A DNA stretch of 64,000 bases. Origin: a virus. Below, in pieces: positions 18,848 to 28,766 of this stretch. The position numbers and the translations under genes were made by a program. The notes under the pieces were generated by a model that did not search any database, had not been told where the DNA came from, and saw only the letters and a program-made list of their open reading frames with translations. The DNA is taken from positions 1 through 64,000 of IMG/VR virus record IMGVR_UViG_3300029791_000002; one strand, given 5' to 3'. The first letter of the stretch is position 1; each line of letters starts with the position of its first letter.

Positions 18848-19389
18848 TTCTTTTCCTCCTTATTTAATGGTATTAATCCTTTCCCGTGCTTATCATACCA
18901 CAGCATAGCTATACAATTCCATGCACATTGTGCAAGATGAAAAGCTCCTGTATCTGAGTCTATTCTTTCCCCTTTCATGTATTCCATTAGGTGTCTGGCA
19001 GCCGCAGCACGATACCGTTCAAACCCGTTGTCAAGGTTCTGCCATTTATTGGGTCCGTACTTCTTTGCACCAGCATGATAGACTCTTACAATATCCTCAA
19101 TCTCTTCCATTGGAAGCAAATCCCATCGTAGTTTGTCGTCAATGATGTCATTCTTTACCGACTTACTTTCTTTATTTTCAAAAAGAGTATTATCACTCTT
19201 AGATATATATTCAACTGGTACATCGAACTCCATACGACCTTCGTATGACAGTGTAACTTCTGTATCTCCTTTTTTGATATCCTTTTCACATGCAACCTTA
19301 AGTCCTTTTCTGGCTACTGTTACTTCACGAACATTAAGATCTCTGTTAAGAACTACATCGGTTCCTTTTTTAATAATAATATCGTCCAT
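18844..19389 (-). CDS. hypothetical protein with C-terminal domain resembling phage dATP/dGTP pyrophosphohydrolase-like (DUF550-like) domains
   Basis: Motif WDLLPMEEIEDIVRVYHAGAKKYGPNKWQN; assignment from memory of the family, weak. Confidence 0.5.
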   Translation of the reverse strand: MDDIIIKKGTDVVLNRDLNVREVTVARKGLKVACEKDIKKGDTEVTLSYEGRMEFDVPVEYISKSDNTLFENKESKSVKNDIIDDKLRWDLLPMEEIEDIVRVYHAGAKKYGPNKWQNLDNGFERYRAAAARHLMEYMKGERIDSDTGAFHLAQCAWNCIAMLWYDKHGKGLIPLNKEEKK

Positions 19390-19450
19390 CTTTTATTTTG
19401 TTTTATCGTTGTTTTACCATATTTAGATAGTAATATAATTCATCTTCGTC

Positions 19451-19738
19451 CTATACCCTATCATTCCTGTTTTTCTCAAAATACTGTCTTACGGCTTCAA
19501 TCGCCTTATCGTCATCAAAAACCTCTACAAATTCCTCATAGAATCTATTTCGTTCCATAGAGAACGTGTTGCTTCCTTCCGGAATGGTCCTGAATACAAC
19601 TACTTTCTCTCCGTCTACGTTCGTTCCTATTATGTTATTGTGAAGAATAATAGAATAGCGCCCAGAGCTTTTGTTTTGGACGACACTATGTTCGAGATTG
19701 TAGAGTCTAAGTAGTTCTCTTATTTCTTTTACTCCCAT
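19451..19738 (-). CDS. hypothetical protein (95 aa)
   Basis: ORF. Confidence 0.45.
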   Translation of the reverse strand: MGVKEIRELLRLYNLEHSVVQNKSSGRYSIILHNNIIGTNVDGEKVVVFRTIPEGSNTFSMERNRFYEEFVEVFDDDKAIEAVRQYFEKNRNDRV

Positions 19739-19739
19739 A

Positions 19740-20507
19740 TTATTTTACGTTTTTAGAAGTTACAGCCTCTTCTCCCCATTTCTTTACATATATAGATCTC
19801 ATCATGTTCATTAAATTAGAGAAAGAAGAGATGGTTCCCATCTCTATGCAGAATGCAAGATTAGACTGTAGGGTTTCAAGTTCTTTCAACTGCTCCTGTG
19901 TAGCCCTATTTCTTATCATGCTTTCATGCTCATTAAATACAATCCAATTTAAGCCTTTAGCCATCTTGGAGTAATCGGCATCCGGAAATCTTGATATAGC
20001 TCTTGATAAGACATTGTATTTATCACCTGCCTCTATTCGGTTTAAGATAAGCTTATCTGTCAACCACGTAACAACCTCAGCGTACAACATAGGGTTCAGT
20101 TCCATAGCTACAAGCACCCATATATATGGATTACACATAGTCCTTCTATTCTCTCCTCTACCCATTGTTTTATAGGCTCCCATCTTTTTCATCACTTTTA
20201 TAAGTGATTCTTTTTCAACAGATTGTATAAAACCAGGAAATCCTGATTCTATCTTATATCCCTGTTTTTCAAGGATATAGTAAACCCGTTCCGCACTCTC
20301 CTTATTAGATAGGATATTCTCTATTCTCTTTTCATTCCACCCCATCTCAACCCTCTTCTTCGTGTAGGCTTCCTGAAGGTCTGTTAAGGACATAAACGAA
20401 GTTTTAGTGTCCTGCTTAATTATTACGCCAAATAATTCTCGGTCTTTTGATACCATTGTGACATTCGTTTTCATAAAATATAACACATAAAAAATAATAC
20501 GATACAA
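19740..20507 (-). CDS. hypothetical protein (255 aa)
   Basis: ORF. Confidence 0.55.
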   Translation of the reverse strand: MYRIIFYVLYFMKTNVTMVSKDRELFGVIIKQDTKTSFMSLTDLQEAYTKKRVEMGWNEKRIENILSNKESAERVYYILEKQGYKIESGFPGFIQSVEKESLIKVMKKMGAYKTMGRGENRRTMCNPYIWVLVAMELNPMLYAEVVTWLTDKLILNRIEAGDKYNVLSRAISRFPDADYSKMAKGLNWIVFNEHESMIRNRATQEQLKELETLQSNLAFCIEMGTISSFSNLMNMMRSIYVKKWGEEAVTSKNVK

Positions 20508-20572
20508 AAATATGTATCGTATTATACCTATACAAATATACTGTGTTAAATTTTATTATTGTATTTTTTATA

Positions 20573-20935
20573 CTATGCGCCTATGGCTGCCTCTAAATTT
20601 CCTATAATATCAGTTTCTATCTCATCGATTTTATCATCAATGGTTGAAACCGCATTCTCTAAATCCCCTACAATACTTTCCATATCATCAACAACCGCCT
20701 CCATATTAGCTACAGCCTCATCTGATTGATAATATCTTTCTGTATCTTGTAACGACTCCGGCATATTGTCTCTTGCTTCTGTCTCCTCGTCTAAAATCAT
20801 ATCAACATCATCCTTGGCTGAATCCAGATTATGCCTGACCTCTGACAGCTTTGATTTGATAAACTCAAGATCTGTTTTATGCTTTTCCAAATTGGAAATA
20901 ATATCCTCTATTTTCTTACGTCTTTTGCTGTTCAT
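20573..20935 (-). CDS. highly acidic coiled-coil protein (120 aa)
   Basis: About one-third Asp/Glu after a basic N-terminal KRRKK. Confidence 0.5.
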   Translation of the reverse strand: MNSKRRKKIEDIISNLEKHKTDLEFIKSKLSEVRHNLDSAKDDVDMILDEETEARDNMPESLQDTERYYQSDEAVANMEAVVDDMESIVGDLENAVSTIDDKIDEIETDIIGNLEAAIGA

Positions 20936-22353
20936 GCTTTTATCCTATTATAATATTCGATAATCTTTTCTTTCCTATCTCCCGGTTTTACTGCCATATT
21001 CTCAGCCAAGAACCTAAAATACGACACCGGTATGTCTTTGAATCTAATTCCTTCATATTTTCCAAACCACATTATTATGCTGTCAAGATCGTCCTCTCTC
21101 CTACCATCTCCATTTACGGATTTAAGCGAGGCTGCCCGGCGAAGGATTTCGTCTTTGGTAATAATATCACCCATCCTTATATTGGACAGAAGTTGATCGC
21201 CGGCAAACATACACCATCCCTTAGAAGGAAATTGTTCGATCGTTAAATCTTCTATCCGGCCGAAACGCCTCATGTTGTCGCAGCAATCAACTATCAGCGC
21301 CTCTTTCTTGTCAGGATGGATGCGGACGGCTCGACCTACAATTTGGTAAAATACTGAATATGAGAACGTTGGTCGTCCAAACATCACACAATCAAGTTCA
21401 GGAAAATCAAATCCGGTAGCAAGCGTTGAATAATTAAACACGACCTTTAACTTACCTTCTTTGAAATCGGATATGATTTGCTCTCTTTTCTTTTTGGTTG
21501 TTAGCGATGTTACGACACCTGTTATGGCTCCCATCCTGGCATTCATGAACTCGGATATTCTATTACATGATTCGATAGAATCCATGCAAACCAAAATGGC
21601 CTTACGCTCGTTCATAAGCTGAAGAAGACGCTTATAGATAGAGTTGTTTAAGCCGTTTCGTACAATGCTTTCTTTGATAGATTCGTTGGTGTATTCGGCT
21701 CCGGTACTGTTTAACATCAGAGCCGATTCATCAAACGACCATCGTTCGTACTTAAGTGGACACCAAAAACCTTGAGAAGTTAGCTCTTGTATTTGTATTA
21801 CATGAACTATTTTCTTGAAGAAGTTATGTTCGTCTTTCGTCAGCATATTAAGTTTGCTGTAGTTTCCTTCCAGCATGGAGCTGTAGGTCCGGAGGCGGCA
21901 GGGCGTGGCGGTGAAGCCCAGCACCTTCGCCTCGGGAAACTCGCTCATAAACTCCATAAATTCAGAACCTTCCTCAGGGGAATACCCCGAGTGGCATTCG
22001 TCCACCAATAAGGTGTCTATCCCTATATCTTTCAACCTTGCTACGTCTTTCTTTATGCTTTTAAGTGTAGCATAAGTCATAGCCGATAATTCCTTTACGC
22101 CACATGAGGCAGAGTATATGGTAGGTTTAGCTCCAAATGATATGGCTTTCGCATAATTCTGTTCCAGAATCTCTTTTGATGGCTGCAATACTAACGTCGG
22201 TCTATTTATCTCATGCGCTATCTTGGATATCAGAAGGCTCTTACCTGCTCCGCATGGGGCCACTATTATGCCAGGCTTCTTAGATTTTCCTGTAAGAAAC
22301 TTAAGCCCGGCATCTACGGCCTCTTTTTGGTAAGGTCTAAGTTCAAAGCCCAT
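20932..22353 (-). CDS. superfamily-2 DEAH-box DNA helicase
   Basis: RPYQ (Q-motif), Walker A APCGAGKS, DECH (LLVDECHSG), motif III FTATP, motif VI QIVGRAVR. Confidence 0.85.
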   Translation of the reverse strand: MGFELRPYQKEAVDAGLKFLTGKSKKPGIIVAPCGAGKSLLISKIAHEINRPTLVLQPSKEILEQNYAKAISFGAKPTIYSASCGVKELSAMTYATLKSIKKDVARLKDIGIDTLLVDECHSGYSPEEGSEFMEFMSEFPEAKVLGFTATPCRLRTYSSMLEGNYSKLNMLTKDEHNFFKKIVHVIQIQELTSQGFWCPLKYERWSFDESALMLNSTGAEYTNESIKESIVRNGLNNSIYKRLLQLMNERKAILVCMDSIESCNRISEFMNARMGAITGVVTSLTTKKKREQIISDFKEGKLKVVFNYSTLATGFDFPELDCVMFGRPTFSYSVFYQIVGRAVRIHPDKKEALIVDCCDNMRRFGRIEDLTIEQFPSKGWCMFAGDQLLSNIRMGDIITKDEILRRAASLKSVNGDGRREDDLDSIIMWFGKYEGIRFKDIPVSYFRFLAENMAVKPGDRKEKIIEYYNRIKA

Positions 22354-22729
22354 CGCAATCTATTTTACTGTTTTTTGAAAGTTCTATTATCGCCTCCTTT
22401 AGCATTTCTCTCGCTTTATTCTCATTATCTTCAAACAGACATACACTGCATGTAGCACCTTTGGAGGGGTAGTCTCTGTAGGCTTCTGCTCTTTCTACAA
22501 CGTATTCACAACAATAGTCGTGACTCATGTCTTTTGCTATACTTATAAAATGATCTTCTCCATCCATCAACACGCAATATTCAGCATCGTTTTCACATGC
22601 AATAACACCTTTGTTTTTTAAAATGGATAGCACTTTATTTCCAAAAAGTCCAATATAGACCCATATATCTTTCCCTGCATTTTTGTAAAAAATATCCATC
22701 CCTTCTTTGATTGTGACTTTCTTTTCCAT
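22343..22729 (-). CDS. hypothetical protein (128 aa)
   Basis: ORF. Confidence 0.5.
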   Translation of the reverse strand: MEKKVTIKEGMDIFYKNAGKDIWVYIGLFGNKVLSILKNKGVIACENDAEYCVLMDGEDHFISIAKDMSHDYCCEYVVERAEAYRDYPSKGATCSVCLFEDNENKAREMLKEAIIELSKNSKIDCDGL

Positions 22730-22735
22730 AACCCC

Positions 22736-23086
22736 TTATTTTATATCAGTAATTAAAATATATTTTTTAACAATATATTCAAGACTCTCAGAAGAACGTA
22801 TATATAGTTTTTCTTCGTACTCATATAGAGCGTACCCTTCTTTTATGTCTAATATCTTAATCACATGCTTGCCTCTTTCAAATGGATCCTCAAAGTAGTT
22901 CTTATGTTCGTATCTTTGACCGACTTTTATTTTGTCAGTTTTCTTCTTCATCTTATAACGCTCTACTGCTCTACCTGTTTTTATGAAAGCTGTCGTGAGT
23001 AAGTATAATAAAACTAAATACAAAAGGATCGCTACTCCACATATTAGATCTTCTTTCATTACACTCCTTTTAAATAGTTGAACCAT
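22736..23086 (-). CDS. small membrane protein (116 aa)
   Basis: One hydrophobic TM helix (ILLYLVLLYLLTTAFI). Confidence 0.45.
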   Translation of the reverse strand: MVQLFKRSVMKEDLICGVAILLYLVLLYLLTTAFIKTGRAVERYKMKKKTDKIKVGQRYEHKNYFEDPFERGKHVIKILDIKEGYALYEYEEKLYIRSSESLEYIVKKYILITDIK

Positions 23087-23225
23087 ATATCCTCCAGCTT
23101 CTCCTGAATCTCAAACGCTTTCTTGAAATTCCCGCATCGTACAGCAACGTCTCTCATGTATGTCAAGTTTATAACTTCCGGATCTTGCCGGTATTTTGTT
23201 CTTAACTTTTGAACATCCTCGTATT

Positions 23226-24245
23226 TCATCGTTTTATCTTTTTAGACGGATCCCAATCCGAAGAGAAAGGGCATTCGTTTTTGTTATGTAATCCAAAGTC
23301 ACAATAATAACACAGTGCTGACGGGCAGGGCAGCTTGTTTTGCGGAACAGGCTGGCTTAGGGTGGCGCGCCGCTTGCTATACCTGGCTCCTTCTGCCCCC
23401 TGGATGTACGCTTGAAATGTTTTTACACTATTATCTTCAAAATCATACATTTTGGATAAAGTGTCATTTAGCATTTCTATAGATTTTGTTTTACGTTCCT
23501 CATCAACTTTAACCTTTTGGTATTGTCTGGTCCTGGTAAAGAAATAGATGTTCATATCTGGCAGAACTCCACCATATTTTCTATAGATGTAAAACGAATA
23601 TATAGGATGCTGTAAATTCGTTTCCAACTTCTTAGAATCAAAAACCTTATTACCTGATTTCCAATCTATGACATAATGGTGAACTACGTTCTTGCTCTTT
23701 ATAGCCAGATGAAGGTCTACCGATCCTACTATGTACACATGAGTATGAACGTCACCATTTATATCAACAGGCTTAGGAAGACGGTACGGCAGCACAAAAT
23801 CTTCTTCGACTCCAACTATAGCGCCGTGTCTGATAAGTTTCTCACAGGGATTAAGATCACTATCAGCTATCATAAACCTATTCCCGTCTTTTTTAAACAG
23901 ATCCACAATCCAAGCAAGAAGCTCCCCAGATTGTTTCATGGCTATCATCATATTTTCCGGTGATAGCCAAGGTATGTCTTCTTGGTAAGCATAGTAACTT
24001 ATTGCTTCTCCAAGGTCTTTACCAGAAGGCTGTCTTCCGTTCTTAAAGAAGTATTCCAGTGTCTTATGGATAACCGTACCATAAGACGTAGCTTCTTGTT
24101 TTTCCGTAGACCTTTTGCCCTCTACGTAAGTCTTATACCATTTCATTGGACAGGCAAGAAACGTATCTATCTGGGAATAAGATATGGCAAGACGTTTCAC
24201 ACCATTAAACTCCTTATATAGCAAATGCGTTTCTGGGACCATCAT
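23226..24245 (-). CDS. Cas4/RecB-like PD-(D/E)XK nuclease with 4-Cys cluster
   Basis: GSVDL (motif II), IDWKSG (D-x-K), QHPIYSFY (QxxxY); N-terminal Cys plus C-terminal CPSALCYYCDFGLHNKNEC, as in Cas4/AddB Fe-S nucleases. Confidence 0.7.
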   Translation of the reverse strand: MMVPETHLLYKEFNGVKRLAISYSQIDTFLACPMKWYKTYVEGKRSTEKQEATSYGTVIHKTLEYFFKNGRQPSGKDLGEAISYYAYQEDIPWLSPENMMIAMKQSGELLAWIVDLFKKDGNRFMIADSDLNPCEKLIRHGAIVGVEEDFVLPYRLPKPVDINGDVHTHVYIVGSVDLHLAIKSKNVVHHYVIDWKSGNKVFDSKKLETNLQHPIYSFYIYRKYGGVLPDMNIYFFTRTRQYQKVKVDEERKTKSIEMLNDTLSKMYDFEDNSVKTFQAYIQGAEGARYSKRRATLSQPVPQNKLPCPSALCYYCDFGLHNKNECPFSSDWDPSKKIKR

Positions 24246-24601
24246 AAGCTATCGTCTTTAAATCCTTCCGGGTAATATACGACATACTTTTTACCGTCTT
24301 CTGGTGTCATAGCAAACTGCATGTAGTTATTACGATTACGATGCTTGCCATCTAATCCTCGCTTCCAATACAGAATCCCGTCTATATCCACATAAGACCG
24401 TCCGCGTTCGGCTCTAACTACGTCCGTGTGTAGCAGATACCCGTCGGAAGACACAATCCATACTTTATCCCCTTTGTTTAAATAAGATATTCTTTTTCTT
24501 ACAACAACCTTTTTCTTATTATCCAATACAAATTCCTCATCAGTCATACTCTTCATCCTCCTCTTCTTCTGTTTCAAAATCAATTCCATAACACTGATCA
24601 T
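24242..24601 (-). CDS. hypothetical protein (119 aa)
   Basis: ORF. Confidence 0.5.
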   Translation of the reverse strand: MISVMELILKQKKRRMKSMTDEEFVLDNKKKVVVRKRISYLNKGDKVWIVSSDGYLLHTDVVRAERGRSYVDIDGILYWKRGLDGKHRNRNNYMQFAMTPEDGKKYVVYYPEGFKDDSL

Positions 24602-24764
24602 AATGCTTGGTCAGTTCTTCTGGTTCTAAATCTTGTCCAAAATCCATGTTAAAAATATCGTAATTAGTAAAGCACTTAAAAGCACTATCCCAGCCGGCAG
24701 GAAATCTATGAATGCTGCTTTTATTTCTTCAATTAGGCCCAAGTGTAACCTTGGGCCATTGTAT

Positions 24765-26465
24765 TTATTTTTTGTCATCTCCCTTTAACTTCTTTAAAGT
24801 ATCTGCAATCGGAAGCTGATCAATGACTCCCAATGCCGGAGCGACGGTCTTGACAACATTGTTAAGGAAATTACCGGTACTGTTCTGACCGCCGTCAAAT
24901 ACCGTGATATTTCCGAGGTTAATGTGCTCAAATGCCTTAACCTGTTCTCCGGCAATTTCTTTCCACTGATTAACCATCTTGTACTGGATGGCGATCTGAG
25001 GATTGGATTCTGCTGCTTCCACCATAGCCTTAAATCCGTCGGCTTCTGCCATCAACGATTTTTTCTTACCTTCGGCTTCTGCCTCCAGCTTCATCTGAAT
25101 AGCTTTTGCCTCCGCCTCAGCTTTTGCCAAATGTGCTGCTGCCTCTGCCTCAGCCCGGCGTTTGATCTTCTCTGCCTCAGCATCAGCTTGTAATATAGCC
25201 TCTTCCTTCTGGGTTTCAGCCGGCACAATCTTTTCAGCCTTAAGCGCAGCCTGAACTTTCTTAGCCTTAGCTTCTTCCACTTCTTTGTCGGCAAGCTCTT
25301 TTGCTGTTTTTACAGCCGCTTCCGATTTAACTTTTTCTTCTCCGGCCTTCTTCTCTGATTGAGCTTTGATGATCTGTAGTTCTGATACTGACACAGCAAC
25401 CTCCTTCTGGGCATTGTTGTATCCTATAGACGCATTTTTCTCAGCCTCAGCCTTCTTAATCTGAGCTTCAGAGTCTTGTATTGCTATAGCTGCTTCCTTG
25501 TCAGCTTCAGCCTTATTCTTTCCGACTTCTTCCATCCTTTCAGCCTCGGCTTTATTTACTTCAAGTTCTGCCTTAGATCTTACAATCGCCGATTCCTTGT
25601 CGGTTAAAGTTTTTGCGATAACCGCAGCCCTGTCTCTATCTGCTTGAGCTACGCCGATCTGTTTTTCTTTATCGGTTAAAGCCAAGGCTATTTCTTTTTC
25701 TTTCTTCGTTTCAGCTACTATCGTTTCCTTTTCTTTTTCAGTACAAGCAATTTGAATCTCTTGCTCTTTTTTGGTATTAGCCACAGCCGTTTCTTTCTCC
25801 TTCTGCTGTACAGCAATCTTAATAGCACCCAGCTTCTCCTGTTCTTCGATATTAGCCTGTGCCTCGTTCAGAGCCCTACTTTCAGCCTCCTTACCAAGGT
25901 TCATAATATAACCAGCTTCGTCTCTGATGTCACTGATGTTGATGTTCAGGAGGTAAAGACCTAACTTGTTAAGCTCGTTGTCAATGTTCTTTCTTGCCTT
26001 ATCCAAAAACTCATCCCTGTCAGAATTAAGTTTTTCGATTGTCATTTCAGCAATAATCAAACGCATCTGACCGTAAACAATGTCCGTAATAAGATTTTCA
26101 GTAGATTCGGTATCCATCTCCAAAAGTCTTTCTGCCGCATTTTGCATGATTTCGGGATTTGTACTGATAGCTACTGTAATGGTCGTAGGTACATCTACTC
26201 TAATATTCTGAGATGATAAAGCACCGGTAAGCTTGCAATCTATTTGCATAGGCTCCATTGACAAAACATCATAGCTTTGAATAATAGGCAAGACAAATGC
26301 CGCTCCACCATGATATAATTTCGCCGATTTCTTTTCCCCACCTGTCTTACCATAAACGACCAAGACCTGATTAGGCTTACATCTACGATACCTTGATAAG
26401 ACTCCGATGATTGTCAAAATAATCACTACAGCTAAGATAGCTGACACGTACATGATTGTTGTCAT
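24765..26465 (-). CDS. flotillin-like SPFH/Band-7 membrane protein
   Basis: N-terminal TM helix, SPFH core (VLVVYGKTGG...HGGAAFVLPIIQSYDVLSMEPMQIDCKL) and a long KEKE/EA-rich repeat coiled coil (KEKETAVANTKKEQEI x several). Confidence 0.85.
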   Translation of the reverse strand: MTTIMYVSAILAVVIILTIIGVLSRYRRCKPNQVLVVYGKTGGEKKSAKLYHGGAAFVLPIIQSYDVLSMEPMQIDCKLTGALSSQNIRVDVPTTITVAISTNPEIMQNAAERLLEMDTESTENLITDIVYGQMRLIIAEMTIEKLNSDRDEFLDKARKNIDNELNKLGLYLLNINISDIRDEAGYIMNLGKEAESRALNEAQANIEEQEKLGAIKIAVQQKEKETAVANTKKEQEIQIACTEKEKETIVAETKKEKEIALALTDKEKQIGVAQADRDRAAVIAKTLTDKESAIVRSKAELEVNKAEAERMEEVGKNKAEADKEAAIAIQDSEAQIKKAEAEKNASIGYNNAQKEVAVSVSELQIIKAQSEKKAGEEKVKSEAAVKTAKELADKEVEEAKAKKVQAALKAEKIVPAETQKEEAILQADAEAEKIKRRAEAEAAAHLAKAEAEAKAIQMKLEAEAEGKKKSLMAEADGFKAMVEAAESNPQIAIQYKMVNQWKEIAGEQVKAFEHINLGNITVFDGGQNSTGNFLNNVVKTVAPALGVIDQLPIADTLKKLKGDDKK

Positions 26466-26496
26466 AACTTTTAAAATTTAATTGTTGATAAAAAAA

Positions 26497-26991
26497 TTAG
26501 ATACCTAATTCTCCTTCTTCATATTTTATATTCACCTTGTCACCGTTTTTGTAGGTTTTTCCAGACAAGCATCTTACTCTCATTTGCTCCTGTCTTCCAT
26601 TTTTTGAAATATTTACCATATAATGATTCTTCCCTGATCTAAACACTATCTCCACTTCTCTTCCATTTAAATCTTCCGGACATTCGTATACCATTTCTTG
26701 CTTTAACTTAAGAAGTAACTTATATACGTAAAACAAAACGATAAAGAAAAACGACCCTATCACAACCCCTACTAAATGGGAACCCGAAAAGTAGGTAGTC
26801 CAGCTATATCCAAGAATAAAATGTGTTATGCCCTTGAATGATATGATATCCGACAAAGACATGCTTAAATCAGAAGCACTGTCAATGTCAATATCCGTAT
26901 CCAGATCAGATCCTAATATCGACAACAAAAACTGTATAACAAAAGCAAATGACGCTATTAAAGCCATGCATAAAATTATGTCACTTCCCAT
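26497..26991 (-). CDS. NfeD-like membrane protein (partner of SPFH proteins)
   Basis: Two N-terminal TM segments plus C-terminal beta-rich domain (EVEIVFRSGKNHYMVNI...GDKVNIKYEEGELGI) typical of NfeD OB-fold; directly upstream of the flotillin gene. Confidence 0.65.
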   Translation of the reverse strand: MGSDIILCMALIASFAFVIQFLLSILGSDLDTDIDIDSASDLSMSLSDIISFKGITHFILGYSWTTYFSGSHLVGVVIGSFFFIVLFYVYKLLLKLKQEMVYECPEDLNGREVEIVFRSGKNHYMVNISKNGRQEQMRVRCLSGKTYKNGDKVNIKYEEGELGI

Positions 26992-27232
26992 ACCCTTCTG
27001 TTATTATTTTGTAAACAAGATCAGTCATATCTTTGATGGTCTCCATATCATAATCAATAATAACAATATTGAATTTTTGTTCCACCATCACTTCCAGTTC
27101 AATTTGATCAACAGAATCTAATCCAAGTTCTTTAAACGTCACATCTTCTTCATGAATTATATCTATTTCCGAATTAAGAAACTGAGTAATAATTATATCC
27201 TCTATTATCTTTCTGATTCTTACTTTTTCCAT
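26981..27232 (-). CDS. acyl carrier protein-like (83 aa)
   Basis: Carrier-protein signature ELGLDSVDQIELEVMVEQKFNI (cf. ACP LGADSLDTVELVMALEEEF), with Ser in the phosphopantetheine position; four-helix size. Confidence 0.65.
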   Translation of the reverse strand: MEKVRIRKIIEDIIITQFLNSEIDIIHEEDVTFKELGLDSVDQIELEVMVEQKFNIVIIDYDMETIKDMTDLVYKIITEGYGK

Positions 27233-27933
27233 TGCTTTCTAATTTTGTTAAATAAATACGTTTTTATGTTTTTCAATCGCTCTTTGTCTGTTTCAGAACT
27301 TCCGGTAAACAAATAATCCGGATTGCCTTTAGCCGGAGGCGTAGGCAATTTAGATACGGCAAACAACCAATCCATTTCCTTATTCTTCTTAGACTCCAAA
27401 TAAGGCTCGGTAGCGATCTTAAATTTTTCAGCTATTAAGTCAAAGAGCTTTGAATTTTTAAGGTTCATATGAACTGAAAAAGTCTGAGAAGGCGGTTTCC
27501 ATATGAAGTTACATAAGCTCATTGTATAATCTCCTGACTCTGCTATATAAGATTCCGTTACCTGAAGTATGACCTCTTTCTTGAATGAGGTGTTACCCAT
27601 AAACCAACACAATCTGGATTCTGCTTCTTTTCTGCTGACACCTATGTCTTTTGAATATGATTCGTACATTCCTATCATAATCTTCAACGTTTCCAGAACC
27701 TCGTCTGTCATTTCCGGTGTCTCTATATAATTCACAAAAGACGTTCCCTTGTTGGTCAATCTCATCACGCCTGATTTTAATTTCTCAACCAGGCCAAGCT
27801 CTATATACCTCCCAGCATCTTCTTCCGGCATGGCTTCGATCATAACCGAATCCTTCTGTCTTATGGCAAGAAGATTGGCAAGATCATTAGGAGTCATGTC
27901 TGATGCTGCAAGTTGTCTGAAATTGATGTACAT
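27220..27933 (-). CDS. hypothetical protein (237 aa)
   Basis: ORF overlapping the ACP start, same operon. Confidence 0.55.
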   Translation of the reverse strand: MYINFRQLAASDMTPNDLANLLAIRQKDSVMIEAMPEEDAGRYIELGLVEKLKSGVMRLTNKGTSFVNYIETPEMTDEVLETLKIMIGMYESYSKDIGVSRKEAESRLCWFMGNTSFKKEVILQVTESYIAESGDYTMSLCNFIWKPPSQTFSVHMNLKNSKLFDLIAEKFKIATEPYLESKKNKEMDWLFAVSKLPTPPAKGNPDYLFTGSSETDKERLKNIKTYLFNKIRKQWKK

Positions 27934-27935
27934 TC

Positions 27936-28133
27936 TTAATCAGCTTTAATAAAAATAACATTCTTGTTATCTTGTCTATCAACATGTCCACATGGACCAA
28001 TAATTATGTCTGTACATGAACAAGAATCGTAATCTTCGAATATACATCCATCGCATGTATCACCTTCCACACATTTTAATCTTACAAGTCCGGCAGTAAA
28101 TACTTCTCCTACTTTAAATTCCTTCTTTTCCAT
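27936..28133 (-). CDS. small Cys-rich protein (65 aa)
   Basis: CVEGDTCDGC...CSCTDIIIGPCGH. Confidence 0.4.
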   Translation of the reverse strand: MEKKEFKVGEVFTAGLVRLKCVEGDTCDGCIFEDYDSCSCTDIIIGPCGHVDRQDNKNVIFIKAD

Positions 28134-28148
28134 ATTCCCTCCTTGTTT

Positions 28149-28751
28149 TTAACTGTTGTACCCTTCTTTAATAATCGAATTTCTACCGGTAGATACCGAC
28201 TGTCGAAGATCGTCATGTACAGAATCTACCGTAGAATACTTGTTTCTGGTTGTAAAAATCACTTCCAGCATCTCCTTGTAATCACCTAAAGCTACTTCGT
28301 ATCTCGGATCTACTTTGGCTTTTCTTTCGGCCTCGGCATTACTTTTAGCCAGTTCTCGATCAAGAAGGTCTTCTTTGATTCGGTCAGCAATCATATCAAG
28401 TTCTTTTTTAATAACTTCTCCTGCTGCCCGAAGTTGACCTTCTACGTCACCAAGCTGGTCTTGGACGGTACCTATTTCTTTCTTTAGACGATCGTATTCG
28501 TTAATCATACCCATATCACCTGCATAGCCGGAAAAGTCCTTGATTATTCTGGTTCCTTCTTTAAGGAGCTCAATGACTCGTCTTTTACGTTCTCTGCTTA
28601 TTAAAGACGGAAGACGATAATTCATATCCGCCACCGCCTTATCATGTATGGAGTTGATTAAAAACATCTCTCTTTCATCCCCTGCAAATTCAGTAAGAAC
28701 CAAAAGGAACTTACTTATCAGGTATTCGTTTTCTTCTACTGTTAGTCTCAT
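28149..28751 (-). CDS. hypothetical protein (200 aa)
   Basis: ORF. Confidence 0.55.
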   Translation of the reverse strand: MRLTVEENEYLISKFLLVLTEFAGDEREMFLINSIHDKAVADMNYRLPSLISRERKRRVIELLKEGTRIIKDFSGYAGDMGMINEYDRLKKEIGTVQDQLGDVEGQLRAAGEVIKKELDMIADRIKEDLLDRELAKSNAEAERKAKVDPRYEVALGDYKEMLEVIFTTRNKYSTVDSVHDDLRQSVSTGRNSIIKEGYNS

Positions 28752-28766
28752 GGTTCTTATTTTTTT

